64,000 nucleotides of DNA from Dictyostelium discoideum (lineage: Eukaryota). Where the stretch lies: NCBI GenBank assembly GCA_000004695.1, contig CM000154.2, positions 1,248,001 through 1,312,000 of the forward strand. Reading direction: 5' to 3'. Below, piece by piece: positions 12,874 through 25,489 of this stretch (positions are counted from its first letter, which is position 1; each line of letters opens with the position of its first letter). Both the position numbers and the translations under genes were made by a program. The notes under the pieces are model-generated. The model had not been told where the DNA came from, did no database searches, and saw nothing but the letters and a program-made list of their open reading frames with translations.

Positions 12874-15800
12874 AAAATAAATATATTATAAAGTTATTCT
12901 AACCTTAAAAAAAAAAAAAAAAAAAAAAAAATTAGAAATTGTTTTTCATGTACACCATTATTAGCAGAACATTCAATTCCATTTTTAATTGATAAGATTT
13001 GTAGTAATTTAATTGAAACAAAGATTGAAGCATTACAAACATTGGTATATTGTTGTGATCGTTATGGTGGATTTGCAGTTCAACCATTTTTAGAAGAGAT
13101 ATGGAGTACATTAAGAACTTTAATTTTAACACACAAGAATACAACAGTTATTGAAGAATCAAAGAAAACCATTTTCTATTTAACAAGATCATTTACAAAA
13201 GAACGTAAAGTTTTAGAATCATTCCTTTCAATAATGATTAAAGAATGTCTTCATCATATTAAATCTTCACAAGATTCTAAAATTGCAATTTATTGTGCTT
13301 CAATTCTTTATCAATCTGTTAGTGCAAGTTGTATGTATCTATAATTTTATTATATATTATATATTAAATATTAAATATTATATTAATTGTATTTATATTT
13401 TTATCTCTACTACTAAATCATCATAAAATATATACTATTATAGTATTATCATCAAAAATCATTTTAATTCATATTTTCCCAAATTTATTTAATTTCCTTA
13501 GTGAATTACAAAAACAAGATACAGTACAAAAAGTAAATGAACAAAATTCAGTGATCGCATTATTTAATGATTTATTGAAAGCAAATTCAATAGCATTTGA
13601 AATGTATTCAAATGAAAATAAAGAACCAAATCCATTAGAACCATTTGTTGATCAATTATTTAAATTATTTTCAGATTTATTATTATTGAATTCATCATCA
13701 TCAATTAGATCAAATTCAATCGAATGTTTATCAAATCTTTATATTTCAAAAAAGGTACATACTACTGAACAAGATGATGACGATAGTGAACAAATCACTA
13801 ATGAATTCCTTTTGGATTTAGAAAAGAGACAATTCATTATTAAAAGTTTAGTTTCACTTTTAAATAGTTCAGACAATACATTAAGACATAAGAGTTTAGA
13901 TTCATTGTTTACTATTGCCTCAAATGAAGATCCTTCAGTTTTAAATTTATATGTAATACCAACTTTATTACAAATGATTAATCATTCATCATGTAATATT
14001 AATACAACTAATAATAAAATTAATAATAACAATAATAATAATAATATTGTTATAAAAAATAATAAATGTCAAGATGAACATTGTAATGAAGATCATAGTA
14101 ATAAAAATGAAAATAATAATAATAGTAACGAAAATAGTAATGGTAATAGTACTAGTGGTAGTGATGATGATTTAAAACATTATTTAGAAGCTTTCACAAA
14201 ATTATGTACACATCAACCATTATTAGAGAGTGTTATACCACAAATTCAAGTACTACTTCAACATAATATTAAAGAAACTTATCAATCGAATGAAGATTTT
14301 GAAAAGAGTATATTGATTTTACAATCTATAAGTTTTATTTTAGAGAAATCAACAAATATTAAATCAATGACAATTTGTTCAAAATCAATTTTATTCCCAT
14401 TAATTAAAGGTTTATATAAACAAGAATTAATATCTTCAAGTAATGATAATAACAATAATAATAATAATAATAGTAATAGATTTAATCAAATTTTAACACC
14501 AACTTTAAAAATGATTCATTCAATTTTTGAAAATATTTCAATTGAATCACAAAAACCACTTTTAGAGAAATTAATTAAATTATTTTTAAATGGTGATACT
14601 TTAGTTATTAATTATCAATTACCAACAACGACAACAACAATAATTAAACCATTTGAAAAATCATCACCATATAAATATTTAATACCAATATTTACAACAA
14701 TCATCTCTCAAAGTAAATTAGATTTATCAGAAAATAATGAATTGAAACAATCACTTTACCAAATGTCATTAGATGTAAATGTAGATGATTCAATTGCAAT
14801 CTCTTGTTCAAAAGCTTATTCATCAATCATTAATAAACAACAACAACAACAACAACAAGATCAAATCAATTTCAATTTCTTTAATGATAATCTATTAAAA
14901 GTTATCAATGATACTACCACACCATTACCTTTGAAAATTAGACATTTAGATTTATTCACTTGGTGTACAAAAGCATTATTAACAAATGGTAATTCAATTA
15001 ATATTAAACTTGGTTCTTGTTTAGCTGATATCATTTCAAATGAAAATGTAGAATTATCTTATCATGCTTCAAAATCATTTGGTATTTTATTAAGTGAAAC
15101 TGATGTTTTAAATGAAAAATCTGGTTCAATTATAAAAGTAAATATATATATATATACACACACATATATAATATATATTTGAAAATTTTTATACTAATTT
15201 TTATTTTTTATTTTTTAAAAAATTAGATCTTATTTGAACAAAAATTCTTTACATTAATGTTCCCAATTTTATTAGAATCATTTAAGGTTAGTAAAAATAA
15301 AGAATTACAAACAATCTCATCACATTATTTAATTGCAATTTCAAATTTACTTAAACATGTACCAAAAGAGATTTTACTTGCTGAATTAAATGAAATCTTA
15401 CCAATCGTTATGCAATCACTTAAAAGTTCTGATAATAATGATCAAGTTCAATTATTAGATAGTAGTTTACAAACTTTAACAATGTTAATCAATGAAACTC
15501 CTTCAAGTTTTATTTCTTATTTAGATTCTTTAATTCCTTCATTAATTAAAATTTCTACAAAATCTACAAAATATGTAAGTGTATAAAAAAAAATTTTAAA
15601 AAATCATAATAAATTTATATATATATATAATATATATTATATTATATATATTATATATTAATCCTTTTATTATTATTTTTATTATTATTATTAGAATTTA
15701 AAAAGATCAGCTTTAGAGATTTTAACATTATTATCAAAGTCAATTCCATTTGTTAATTTATTCCCTTATAAAACTCAAGTAGTTACAGATATAATTCCTT

Positions 15801-15877
15801 GTTTGGATGATAAAAAGAGAATAGTAAGAAGAGAGGCTCAAAAATGCAGAAACAGCTGGTATATTTTGCAAAAGTAA
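11948..15877 (+). CDS. mms19: MMS19 homolog (cytosolic Fe-S assembly targeting factor / nucleotide excision repair protein) in 6 exons.
   Basis: The exons are 11948..12336 (donor GTATGT), 12475..12813 (donor GTAAGT followed by (GT)n), 12936..13330 (donor GTATGT), 13444..15137 (donor GTAAAT), 15227..15574 (donor GTAAGT) and 15695..15877 (TAA). All splice phases are consistent. The N-terminal block VVQGLGDYLKSNDSILRARGTLLLSEVL and the C-terminus ...DDKKRIVRREAQKCRNSWYILQK match the MMS19_N and MMS19_C families. Confidence 0.85.
12820..12870. repeat. (GT)n dinucleotide microsatellite of about 25 units starting at the donor of MMS19 intron 2.
   Basis: The sequence reads TTG|GTAAGTT(GT)25. Confidence 0.9.
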
Positions 15878-16526
15878 AAAATAAATGAATTTTAATGATT
15901 AATTTTCTTTTTTTTTTTTCCTATTTTTATTTTTTCTATTTTTATTTTTTCTATTTTTATTTTTTTCTATTTTTATTTTTTCTATTCTATTAATTTGATA
16001 TTTTCATTTCCTTAAATGGAATAAATTCACATTTGTTTCTATATTTCTTTTTGAGAGTTTCTGAAAAAAAAATAATAAATAAAAAATAAAAACAATACTA
16101 AAATGTCTTTTTATTAATTTGTTAATTATTTTTTTTTTTTATTCATATTATTTTTTGTTACCCAAAAAAAAAAAAAAAAATTTAAAAATATAATATGTAT
16201 ATATATATATATAAAAAAATAAAATTAAAAAAAAAAAAAAATTTTATAAAAATTTTAATTGCTTGGTTTTATATATAATATTTTGGGGTATGAGCAAGTA
16301 GTGATACTAAAAATATGAAACCCACATTGGAAAATAGATATTGGGAGTATTTGTTTAACACACTCACACACCAACCCCCATTAAATGTTTAAATTACAAT
16401 AATTTAAATATTGTTTAATTATTTTACAATATTACTTTTTGTTCAATGAAACAAACAATCATTTAACAATGTTGAAAAAAGTACTTTTCATAAATTAATT
16501 TAATTATTAAAATTTTTTATTTTTAT

Positions 16527-16565
<39 letters not shown>

Positions 16566-16760
16566 ACTTATAATATATTTTATTTATATATGTATTTTTT
16601 TAATTTTAAAAAAAATTCTATAAATAGTTGTTATTAGTCCTAAAATAATTATTTAAAAAAGATAAAAATAAAAAAATAAAAATAAAAATAGAAATAAATT
16701 AAATAAATAAATTAAAATAATTTAAAATCAAATATTTAATTTTAAAAAAAAATAAAAAAA

Positions 16761-19700
16761 ATGAAAATTATTTTTTTTATTTTTTTTATTTTTTTTTTTA
16801 TTCAATTGCTTTCAAACCGATATGTATTAGGTGAAAAATCAAATAATATTGATAATACTAAGGATGATAAATTAAGTCCTTTAAAACAAATATTACAAAA
16901 ACAAAGAAAACAAGCAGAAAATGAAAAGAATTTAATTAAAAATCTTGCAGAAATCATTTACACTGTGAAATCAATGGATCAATCACAATCTGAAACTGGT
17001 GATGTTTATATTGACCTATTCTTAGAGGATACCGATGGAAAGAATACTACAAAAATGGCAGAATCTATCTACAGTTTAATTGATACCTTGGAGAGATTCG
17101 ATATTGAAAAACGTCAATTACGATTAGAAAAAAAACAACGAAAACATAAACAATCTAAAACACAACAACAACAACTAGATTTAGTTAATGACAAATTCAT
17201 TTCAAAAAAATTACTGTCAATTGATATTGAAAATTTTGATTTTGAGAGAAATGTTGACAACAATCAACAACAACAAGATTTTGATATAATCGATCAAGAA
17301 ATCATTGATGGTTTACCAATAACTCATTATAAAGATGTTTATCTTCGAAATAAATTAATTTCAAAATCAGTTAATACTGACTCACAATCAAGTAATTCAG
17401 AAAATAATGAATCATCTTCAGTAGGTTTATCAATTGGTTCAACATCTTCACCAAACAGCTCACAAAAACCATCATTAGAATCGTCGTCAACAAACTCAAA
17501 ACCTCTTGAGCCACCCTCTCAAGAGTCACAAGGATCATCAGAAAATTCATCATCAATAGATTTATCTTCACAAGAATCTTACTCAAATGAACAGTCCTCA
17601 ATTGAGTCATTCTCACCAAGTTCCTCATCTAAAGAATCATCACAAGAATATTCTTCAAGTGAACCATCTCCTTCAAGTGGGCCATCATCATCATCATCAT
17701 TAAGTTCACAAGAATATTCTGCTGGTTCATCTTCAGTAAGCCTATCTTCAGTAGGTTCACACTCACAGGAATCTTCTGTAGGTTCATCTTTAGTAGGTTC
17801 ATCTTCTGTAGGTTCACAAGAATCTTTAGTAGGTTCATCTTCTGTAGGTTCACAAGAATCTTTAGTAGGTTCTTCTTCTGTAGGTTTACCTTCACAAGGA
17901 TCATCCTCAATAGATTCATCCTCACAAGAATCATCTTCAATAGGTTCAGTAGGTTCAACTTCACAAGAATCTTCAGTCGGTTCATCTTCACAAGAATCTT
18001 CAGTAAGTTCATTTTCAGTAGGTTCACCTTCACAAGGATCATCCTCAATAGGTTCATCCTCACAAGAATCATCTTCAATAGGTTCATCATCAGTAAGTTC
18101 ATCATCAAAAGGTTCGTCATCACAAAACAATGGACTAAGCTCTGAGCAACCTTTATCAGATAATGAATCAAATAGTGAATCAAACTCTTCACAATACATT
18201 TCAGAAAATGATTCAACTTCGTCATTACAAAATAATGACCCAAACTCATCATCACAAAACAATAATTCAAACTCTTTACAATCTGAATCTGAATCCTCTC
18301 AAAATGAATCAAATGAATCAAACTCTTTAGAAACCGAATCATCTTCAAATATTAAATCTAGTTCATCACAATCTGAAACATATCAATCAAGTTATGAATC
18401 TTCAAACTCATTTTCGTCTCAAAGTTCTGCTTTTGTATCATCTTCTTCTGAATCAAATGGTAGATCATCATCATCATCATCGTCATCATCCGCCTCCTCA
18501 TCATCATCATCACCAGAAGAACAATCATTTCCAATATCATCCTATTCAAATGATGAATGTGGAATTGAAGTTCAACAAATTATGTTAAAGAAATTAGGTA
18601 ATAATTTAGCATCATGGTCGATGAATATTATTAATTTAAAACCATTAATAGTTTTCGAACATATTTCAGTTTATAGAAAAGAGGCAATCACAAAACCAGA
18701 TAATTCAATTGGATATAATAAAGTGGATGTTTGGAATACCATTACTTCAAATGGTCGTCCTGAAGGAAAATTATTCTCATTTGTTTATATTGGAAATTTA
18801 GTTCCTGATAATTTCTTTATTTCTTGTGATAATAATACAACACCCCCAACTTTACCACCTACTCTATCACCAATTGATAATCATTTTTCATCATCTCAAC
18901 AACAATCCTCTTCACAATCCTCTTCATTTACACCATCCACATCTTCATCAACCCAAACTGAAGGATTAAAATGTAAATTGTCATATTCACAAAGAAGAAT
19001 TGGATATATTAGATTTGGAACTAAAATTAAATATATATGGTGGGTTGAAATTGCCAATAAAGGTGAAACAAGCATTGATAATCAATTATTTATTAAATTT
19101 GACCAAAATGTTGAAAATGTAAATGGATTAGATAAGGTTAATGTTGATGATGATAATAATAGTGAAGGTAGTTCAAGTATTGGAAGCAGTGATAGCATTA
19201 GAGATAGCATTAGTGATAGTGATAGTAGTGGTAGTGATAATAATATATATAAAGTTGGATCGAATGGTATACCATTAAGACCTGATAGTTTTTATGCATT
19301 TACATACTTTACACAATCAATTGTTCCAGCACAATTAGAATTTATAGATCATGATAATTGTGCTGAACCCATCGATTCGGGTAAACCATCACCAAATCAA
19401 CAAATTGGTACACCTGAAACTCAATGCTCAGCAGAAATTCATCAAGAGAAATTATCAACTAGTCTCACATTCTTTGGTTTCATTTCTTCATATGCTGTAA
19501 CAATTAAAAATACATCACCAGTTCAATCACTTTATGATTTAACAATCATATTTAAGAGTAGTATTAAAGAAGTAAATGGAATAGATCCATTAGTAATAAA
19601 TACATCAAGCTCAACAAATACTCAAATCTCTACAATCTCTGATTCAAATTATCAATTACCAGAATCATTACGTGTAATCGGTATAAAACCAAATCAACCT

Positions 19701-19796
19701 TTTGTTTTTTATTATGAAAAATATGGTTTCTTTTCATCTGATATTGAAATTCAAAATGAATTATGTTCACCAGAATACTTTTACAATAATAAATAA
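16761..19796 (+). CDS. Secreted Ser-rich repeat protein of 1011 aa: signal peptide, a Ser-rich repeat region of about 400 aa, then a C-terminal globular domain.
   Basis: It is a single ORF starting with the hydrophobic leader [24 protein letters not shown]. Degenerate tandem 11-aa units run through about 17700-18100 (SSVGSQESLVG, SSQESSSIGS). The Cys-containing C-terminal 450 aa are not low-complexity. I recognise no family. Confidence 0.7.
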   Translation: MKIIFFIFFIFFFIQLLSNRYVLGEKSNNIDNTKDDKLSPLKQILQKQRKQAENEKNLIKNLAEIIYTVKSMDQSQSETGDVYIDLFLEDTDGKNTTKMAESIYSLIDTLERFDIEKRQLRLEKKQRKHKQSKTQQQQLDLVNDKFISKKLLSIDIENFDFERNVDNNQQQQDFDIIDQEIIDGLPITHYKDVYLRNKLISKSVNTDSQSSNSENNESSSVGLSIGSTSSPNSSQKPSLESSSTNSKPLEPPSQESQGSSENSSSIDLSSQESYSNEQSSIESFSPSSSSKESSQEYSSSEPSPSSGPSSSSSLSSQEYSAGSSSVSLSSVGSHSQESSVGSSLVGSSSVGSQESLVGSSSVGSQESLVGSSSVGLPSQGSSSIDSSSQESSSIGSVGSTSQESSVGSSSQESSVSSFSVGSPSQGSSSIGSSSQESSSIGSSSVSSSSKGSSSQNNGLSSEQPLSDNESNSESNSSQYISENDSTSSLQNNDPNSSSQNNNSNSLQSESESSQNESNESNSLETESSSNIKSSSSQSETYQSSYESSNSFSSQSSAFVSSSSESNGRSSSSSSSSSASSSSSSPEEQSFPISSYSNDECGIEVQQIMLKKLGNNLASWSMNIINLKPLIVFEHISVYRKEAITKPDNSIGYNKVDVWNTITSNGRPEGKLFSFVYIGNLVPDNFFISCDNNTTPPTLPPTLSPIDNHFSSSQQQSSSQSSSFTPSTSSSTQTEGLKCKLSYSQRRIGYIRFGTKIKYIWWVEIANKGETSIDNQLFIKFDQNVENVNGLDKVNVDDDNNSEGSSSIGSSDSIRDSISDSDSSGSDNNIYKVGSNGIPLRPDSFYAFTYFTQSIVPAQLEFIDHDNCAEPIDSGKPSPNQQIGTPETQCSAEIHQEKLSTSLTFFGFISSYAVTIKNTSPVQSLYDLTIIFKSSIKEVNGIDPLVINTSSSTNTQISTISDSNYQLPESLRVIGIKPNQPFVFYYEKYGFFSSDIEIQNELCSPEYFYNNK

Positions 19797-19912
19797 AATA
19801 AAATAAAATAAAATAAAATAAATAAAATAAAATAAAATAAGATAACTAATAAATGAATGTTCTTTATTTTTTTTCTTTTTTTTTTTTTTTTTTGTTTTAT
19901 AAATAATTTATT

Positions 19913-21691
19913 TTAAAATGATTGTGAAACTAAAAGAGTAGCGGTTGTACTATTAAAACCATTAAAACCAAGTAATGTTTCAAATAATTCAATTTTACTA
20001 GGTGTTTTGTCAGCCTTAATATTAAATATTACTGATAAGGAACTCTCGCCACTTAAAGGATCTGTAAAACCACTTCCAATAGCACCACTTGGACTAAACC
20101 ATGAACGTTTACCTCTTTGTAAGAGCATATATTTAGTGGTACCATCAGTATATGTGATTTTAATAGTATAATCACAACCATTTGCATGACAATACCATGC
20201 ATATTTACTAACATTTGGTCTAATGTCAACCAATTGAGTTGAATTGGTTGGATCAAAAAAGGGCATAAGATTTCCTTTTGATTTAAAAATTGGATAAATT
20301 TGAGAAAGGTTGGCTGGTCCAACAAAACTGTGAGTGATGATGATTGTGTAAACATCTACATTTCTTTCAATTGGAAGACCATCATTTATACCATAGAGAC
20401 CATTGCTCTTGGTGGATGGAGTATAGGTTTCATATTTAAGAGTTGTTGTATTCCACTTTTTGTAACCAGTGGAAAAGGATTTATCATAAATGATTGAATC
20501 TTTGAAATAGTTTTGAATGGTAACTTCTTCATAATCTGCAAACATTGAGTATCTATAGCCTTGGGCTTGGTTACCTGCACCACCTTGCATTACAGATTGT
20601 TTAACGCAATTTTTATTTTGATCCAATATAAAACTTTTATTACAATTTTTATATGCACCAATATTTGATGGAATATTTACACTTAAAAATTCATTATGGT
20701 TCATATCAAAACCCCATTCTGATCCGAGCAAGCTTCCATCTACATATGGATAATTTCCACTCTTGTAACTATCACCGGCATGGGGCAAACCATAGCTATG
20801 ACCGGCCTCGTGGATGAAAATACCAGTATAGGAATAGTCTCCGGTACCCACGGAACCACCTCCTAAGCCTCCCCAAGGATCTGCATATTTACCATTGGCA
20901 CCCAAGTGAATAAGTGGAGCATAGTAAAGAACTGATGATGGACCTTCACCATTTGCACCTCTAATTCCACTCAAAATACCCAAAACGACACTCATAATCT
21001 CATAACCATCTCTTTTTTGGTCAGAGTTGGTTATTCTTAAACCTGGTAAATTATTTCTACCAGCTGGTAAAATTAAGTATGACCAATCAATTCTGGAAAT
21101 TGGGTGATTAAGTGCATTCAATGATGACAAAGACCATTTTTGAATTAATTCATCTGAAACATCTTTAGATATTGAACCAGTTACAGAGAGTGGTTGAGTA
21201 TTGGTATCGTTTGCACCAAATAAATAGAATGGAAGAAGCCACATATTTAAATTTGTTTCATGACCAATGTTTGGGAAAAAGAATTCAGATTTCAAGAGCA
21301 TAGTTGAAAATTGAATTTTCATTTTTGGTTTCATCCAATCTTTTGGAATTCTTATACTATGATGAACAGTGGAATATTTGGTACCATTGGATTCTGTTGG
21401 TGGCAATTTACTTGGATCATTAAGTGTTAATTTTCCCATTAATGAATCATCAACCCAAACTTTAACAGTATAGGAAAGAGTTTGATCTTGAAATTTGGCT
21501 AATAACAAAGACTCTCTGTTTGGAAGAATTTTTAATGTTACAGTATTATTTTTCCAACTTTTACCTTCAATTGGAAGTACATGTGTATTGGCAAATTTAA
21601 TATCACTGACTTGTAATCTTGAAGAACAGACTGCGCAATTAATATTTGTAATTAAATTTAAAAAAACTAATAAAATAATTAATATTTTCAT
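19913..21691 (-). CDS. Secreted zinc metalloprotease of peptidase family M66 (StcE-like), a dictomallein-type protein.
   Basis: It is a single exon with an ATG at 21691. The leader MKILIILLVFLNLITNINC is a signal peptide. The extended zinc-binding motif HEAGHSYGLPH (HExxHxxGxxH) lies in an M66-like context (IFIHEAGHSYGLPHAGDSY). Several named dictomalleins of this family exist in Dictyostelium, as far as I recall. Confidence 0.8.
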   Translation of the reverse strand: MKILIILLVFLNLITNINCAVCSSRLQVSDIKFANTHVLPIEGKSWKNNTVTLKILPNRESLLLAKFQDQTLSYTVKVWVDDSLMGKLTLNDPSKLPPTESNGTKYSTVHHSIRIPKDWMKPKMKIQFSTMLLKSEFFFPNIGHETNLNMWLLPFYLFGANDTNTQPLSVTGSISKDVSDELIQKWSLSSLNALNHPISRIDWSYLILPAGRNNLPGLRITNSDQKRDGYEIMSVVLGILSGIRGANGEGPSSVLYYAPLIHLGANGKYADPWGGLGGGSVGTGDYSYTGIFIHEAGHSYGLPHAGDSYKSGNYPYVDGSLLGSEWGFDMNHNEFLSVNIPSNIGAYKNCNKSFILDQNKNCVKQSVMQGGAGNQAQGYRYSMFADYEEVTIQNYFKDSIIYDKSFSTGYKKWNTTTLKYETYTPSTKSNGLYGINDGLPIERNVDVYTIIITHSFVGPANLSQIYPIFKSKGNLMPFFDPTNSTQLVDIRPNVSKYAWYCHANGCDYTIKITYTDGTTKYMLLQRGKRSWFSPSGAIGSGFTDPLSGESSLSVIFNIKADKTPSKIELFETLLGFNGFNSTTATLLVSQSF

Positions 21692-21907
21692 TTTTATTTT
21701 TTTTTATTTTTTTTAAAAAAATAAAATTATTTGTTTGATTGAAATAAAAAAAAAAAAAAAAAAATTATTTATACAAAAAAAAAAAATAATAAATAATTAA
21801 ATAAATAAATAATAAAAAAATAATAAATAAATAAAATAAAAAAATGTAAATATTTATTTGAAATAAAATGTGATTAAAATGAAAAAGTAGATATGTTTTT
21901 TTTTTTC

Positions 21908-21943
<36 letters not shown>

Positions 21944-22556
21944 AAAAATGGGTTTGATTAGGCTGTTATAATAAAAATTCCAAGATCAAATTTTTTTTAT
22001 TTTTATTTTTATTTTTTTTTTTTTTTTTGCAAAAATATCTTTTAAACGCATTGAAATTTAATGGTTTTTATAATTTCATCAAGGTAAATATATTGTAATA
22101 TGAAAAGACAAAAAATAAGTTGGGAAAAAGTGGTTCTTAATCAAGCTTTAGATATCTTCAACCATTTTCAATTATTTTTTCAAATAATAATTTGTGGATC
22201 ACATTACCGAGGTGAAAGTTTAACGAAAAAAAATATCACCAAAATTGTTTTTAATAAAAAAAAATAAAAAAAATAAAAAAAAAACTGTTTTTTTTTTGGG
22301 GTTAAATAGTTACTCCATACCTTTTTTTTTTAAAAAAAAAAAATCCATTTCTTTTTCGTATAAGGTAAGATCTAATTTATTTTTTTTGGTTTAATTTTTT
22401 TTTTCTTTTTTATTTTTAGATTATTTACAAACAGTTTTATTATTTTTTTTGGGAATATTAAAAAAAAAAATTTAAAATTTTATTACTTGAAAAAAACAGG
22501 ATAAAAAAGTAAACCCCCAAAAATCAAAATAAATTGATAATTTTAAAAATAAAATT

Positions 22557-22608
22557 AAAATAACAAAATGAATATTAATTTTAAAATTAATATTCATTTT
22601 GTTATTTT
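22557..22608. repeat. Perfect 52-bp palindrome (26-nt arms, no spacer).
   Basis: The sequence AAAATAACAAAATGAATATTAATTTT|AAAATTAATATTCATTTTGTTATTTT equals its own reverse complement. Confidence 0.9.
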
Positions 22609-22723
22609 TTTTTATTGTGATTTTTTTTATTGATTGTATTATTAAAATGATTTTGTAAAAATTAAAGAATATTAAAAAAAATAAATATTAATAAATAGTT
22701 TTTTTTGTTGAAAATTGATGACC

Positions 22724-23498
22724 TTATTTCTATTTTTTGTGTGAAAAAATTGATTGTTGTTAGTAAAATGATTAGAAAAAAAATTTTAAAAAAAAAAAAA
22801 ATAAAAACTTACAGAGAAAACTTTTAATTTAAAACTATTTAAATTTCCATTCTTTTTCTTTGAATAAATAAGAAAACCTGCAGCACCAAGGATTAAAACT
22901 CCAGCAACAACACCAATTGCAATACCAGCGATTGCACCACCTGATAATCCAGAATCTTTTGATGGTAATTCCATTGTTGGATCTGCTCCACAATATTTTT
23001 GTTGAAATTCTGTTTCTTTCAAACCTGAATATTTGTTTAATTCAACTATTTTTTTTATTTAAATTTATTTTTATTATTAATATTATTAAGTAAAATTTTA
23101 AAATTTTTTTAACTTTTAAAATGTTATTGTTATTATTATTATTTTTTTTAATTACATTTTGGTGTGTTTTGTCCTGGATTTGACTCAACTTGGTTTGTGT
23201 AAATAACTTCTGGATAATAATTACAAGTATTTAATTCAACAACTTGTAATAAATTAGTCTATAAAAAAAATAATAAAATTAATATCTTTTTTGTTTAGAA
23301 AAAAAAAAAAAAAAAAATTTTATTTACCTTCCAATTATCAAATTTTATTTGGATTTCATTTGTTGGATAGTTTATTTCATAATTATCCATCCAATTTAAA
23401 AATGATTGATAAAGTATACCATTATCTGGTAATGATTGACAATTATTTAAATTAATAAAAAATAATATGAATATAGATAAACAAATAATAAATTTCAT
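22724..23498 (-). CDS. Small type I membrane protein (signal peptide, Cys-containing ectodomain, one TM helix, short KKK tail) in 3-4 exons.
   Basis: Exon 1 is 23498..23328 and ends AAG|GTAAAT. Exon 2 is 23258..23156 and ends with donor GTAATT in phase 1. Exon 3 is 23024..22813 after acceptor ATATTCAG, and ends with donor GTAAGT. A possible 6-nt last exon AAATAA at 22729..22724 follows a TTTTACTAAC branch site. The TM helix is AIAGIAIGVVAGVLILGAAGFLIY followed by SKKKNG. Confidence 0.5.
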
Positions 23499-24146
23499 TT
23501 TTACAAGACTTATTTTAGATAAAAGATTTTTATAAATTAATAAAAAAAAAAAAAATAAAAAAAAAAAATCAACTTTTTTTTTTTTTTTTTTTTTTTAATT
23601 GAATTACATTAATGTTATAAAAAAAAAATGTTCTAAATTTGAAGGGACTGGATGTATAAATATCTACCTTTTTCGAAATAAAAAGTCATTATTTTAAAAA
23701 CTCGAAAACCAAACCGTTAGATATTTTTGATCAAAACAAAATCATTTTAATCGATTTGAGGGGTTTTTATTTTGAAAAAAAAAAAAAAAAAAAAAAATTA
23801 AAAACATTTACCGGTAATAACAACAACCCCACCCATTTTTAATTTTTTTTTCATTTTTTCATTTTTGTTAAAAATTGGGTTCTAAAAAAAAAAAATAAAA
23901 AAATTAAAATATCATTTTTTCCGCATTTTGATTTCATTTTCTTAAATTATTTTATTTTATTTAATTTTGTTTCCATTTTAATTTTTTTTTCATTAATTTT
24001 ATTTTTAATTATTTATTTATTTATTTGTTTATTTATTTATTTATTTATTTTTTATTTATTTATTTATTTATATATTTATTTAATTAATTAATTAATAATT
24101 TATTTATTTGATTTTTAATTTTTTTTTTTTTAAAAAAATTGTTTAG

Positions 24147-24177
<31 letters not shown>

Positions 24178-24180
24178 AAA

Positions 24181-25456
24181 ATGAAATTTTTGGCTAAATT
24201 AATTTTTTTAATTTTAATAAGTTCATGTGTAAATAGCCAATTGACTCCAAATGAAATCACTTTAATTCAAAATTACCATAATCAATGGAGATCCAATCCT
24301 AATGGTCCAACTCCAGTAACACCAATTTCCGGATTAGTCTACAATGAATCAATTGCAACTGCACTTAATTTAAATCTTAGAAAATGTGACGATTCTTACA
24401 GTAATATGTATCAATACGCTCAAAATAGTGAATGGCAAACTTGGGCCACTCCAATTTCATCTTTTAATTTAACTTCCATTCTTGTAAATATTGGAGAATC
24501 TTCAAAATATTATGATTGGTCAATTGCTGGTTGTAATAATATTTCTTCCTCAAATTGTGAAATTTGGACAAATGTAAGTTATTTTTTTATTTTATTTTTT
24601 TTTTTTTTAGATTTATTTAAAATTATTTAAATATTAAAAATAAAATATTAACATATTAATAATAATTTTAAATAGGCTGTCTGGAATAAAAGTAAAAGTT
24701 TTGGATGCGCCAAATCAATTTGTGATGAAACTATTGTATTATCATGCTCCTATTATCCAGCTGGTGGATTTAAAGGTGTCCTCCCATACAAGCCAACCAG
24801 TATAAACCCTTCAGCTTCTACCACTCCAAAAATGCCAAATTTTTCATCTGGAAGTGTTGATTGGAGTGATTATCAAACACCAGTTAGAGACCAAGGTGAA
24901 GTAAGTTTTTAAAAAAAATCTTTTTTTTTTTAATTTTATTATTTATATAATATTCTAAAATTATTATTATTTTTTTAAAAAAAATAGTGCAAATCATGTT
25001 GGGTTTTTGGTTCTTTGGCAGCATTGGAATCAAGATATTTAATTAAAAATGGTGTATCAGAAAAATCAACATTACACTTATCAGCTCAAAATGCAATGAA
25101 TTGTATTACAAGTGGTTGTGAATCTGGTTGGCCAGCAAATGTATTTGATTATTTTGAATCATCAGGAATTGCATTTGAAAAAGATTATCCATATGATGCA
25201 ATTGGTAGTGATAATTGTACTTCATCTTCTAACAAATTTGAATACTCTGGTTATGATTCAGTTGAAAATACTAAAGACTCTTTAATCCAAGAATTAAAGA
25301 ATGGACCTATCACTATTGCTCTTTACTCTGATACTGCATTCCAAAGTTATGCTGGTGGTATTTATGATTCTGTTGAAGAATATAAAGATGTAAACCACAT
25401 TGTATTATTAGTTGGTTATGATAAACCAACAGATTCTTGGAAAATTAAAAATTCGT

Positions 25457-25489
<33 letters not shown>

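Noticed and set aside
17371-18348. Three long minus-strand ORFs (85, 227 and 239 aa) inside the Ser-rich gene
   Set aside because: They are antisense to a periodic Ser-codon repeat. Their composition is a mirror artifact (Glu/Asp/Cys or Leu/Met/Asn runs), and they have no independent start context.
24139-24180. Upstream extension [14 protein letters not shown] of the CAP-protease ORF
   Set aside because: It arises from a poly-A tract. The first ATG at 24181 begins a canonical signal peptide, so I take that as the start.
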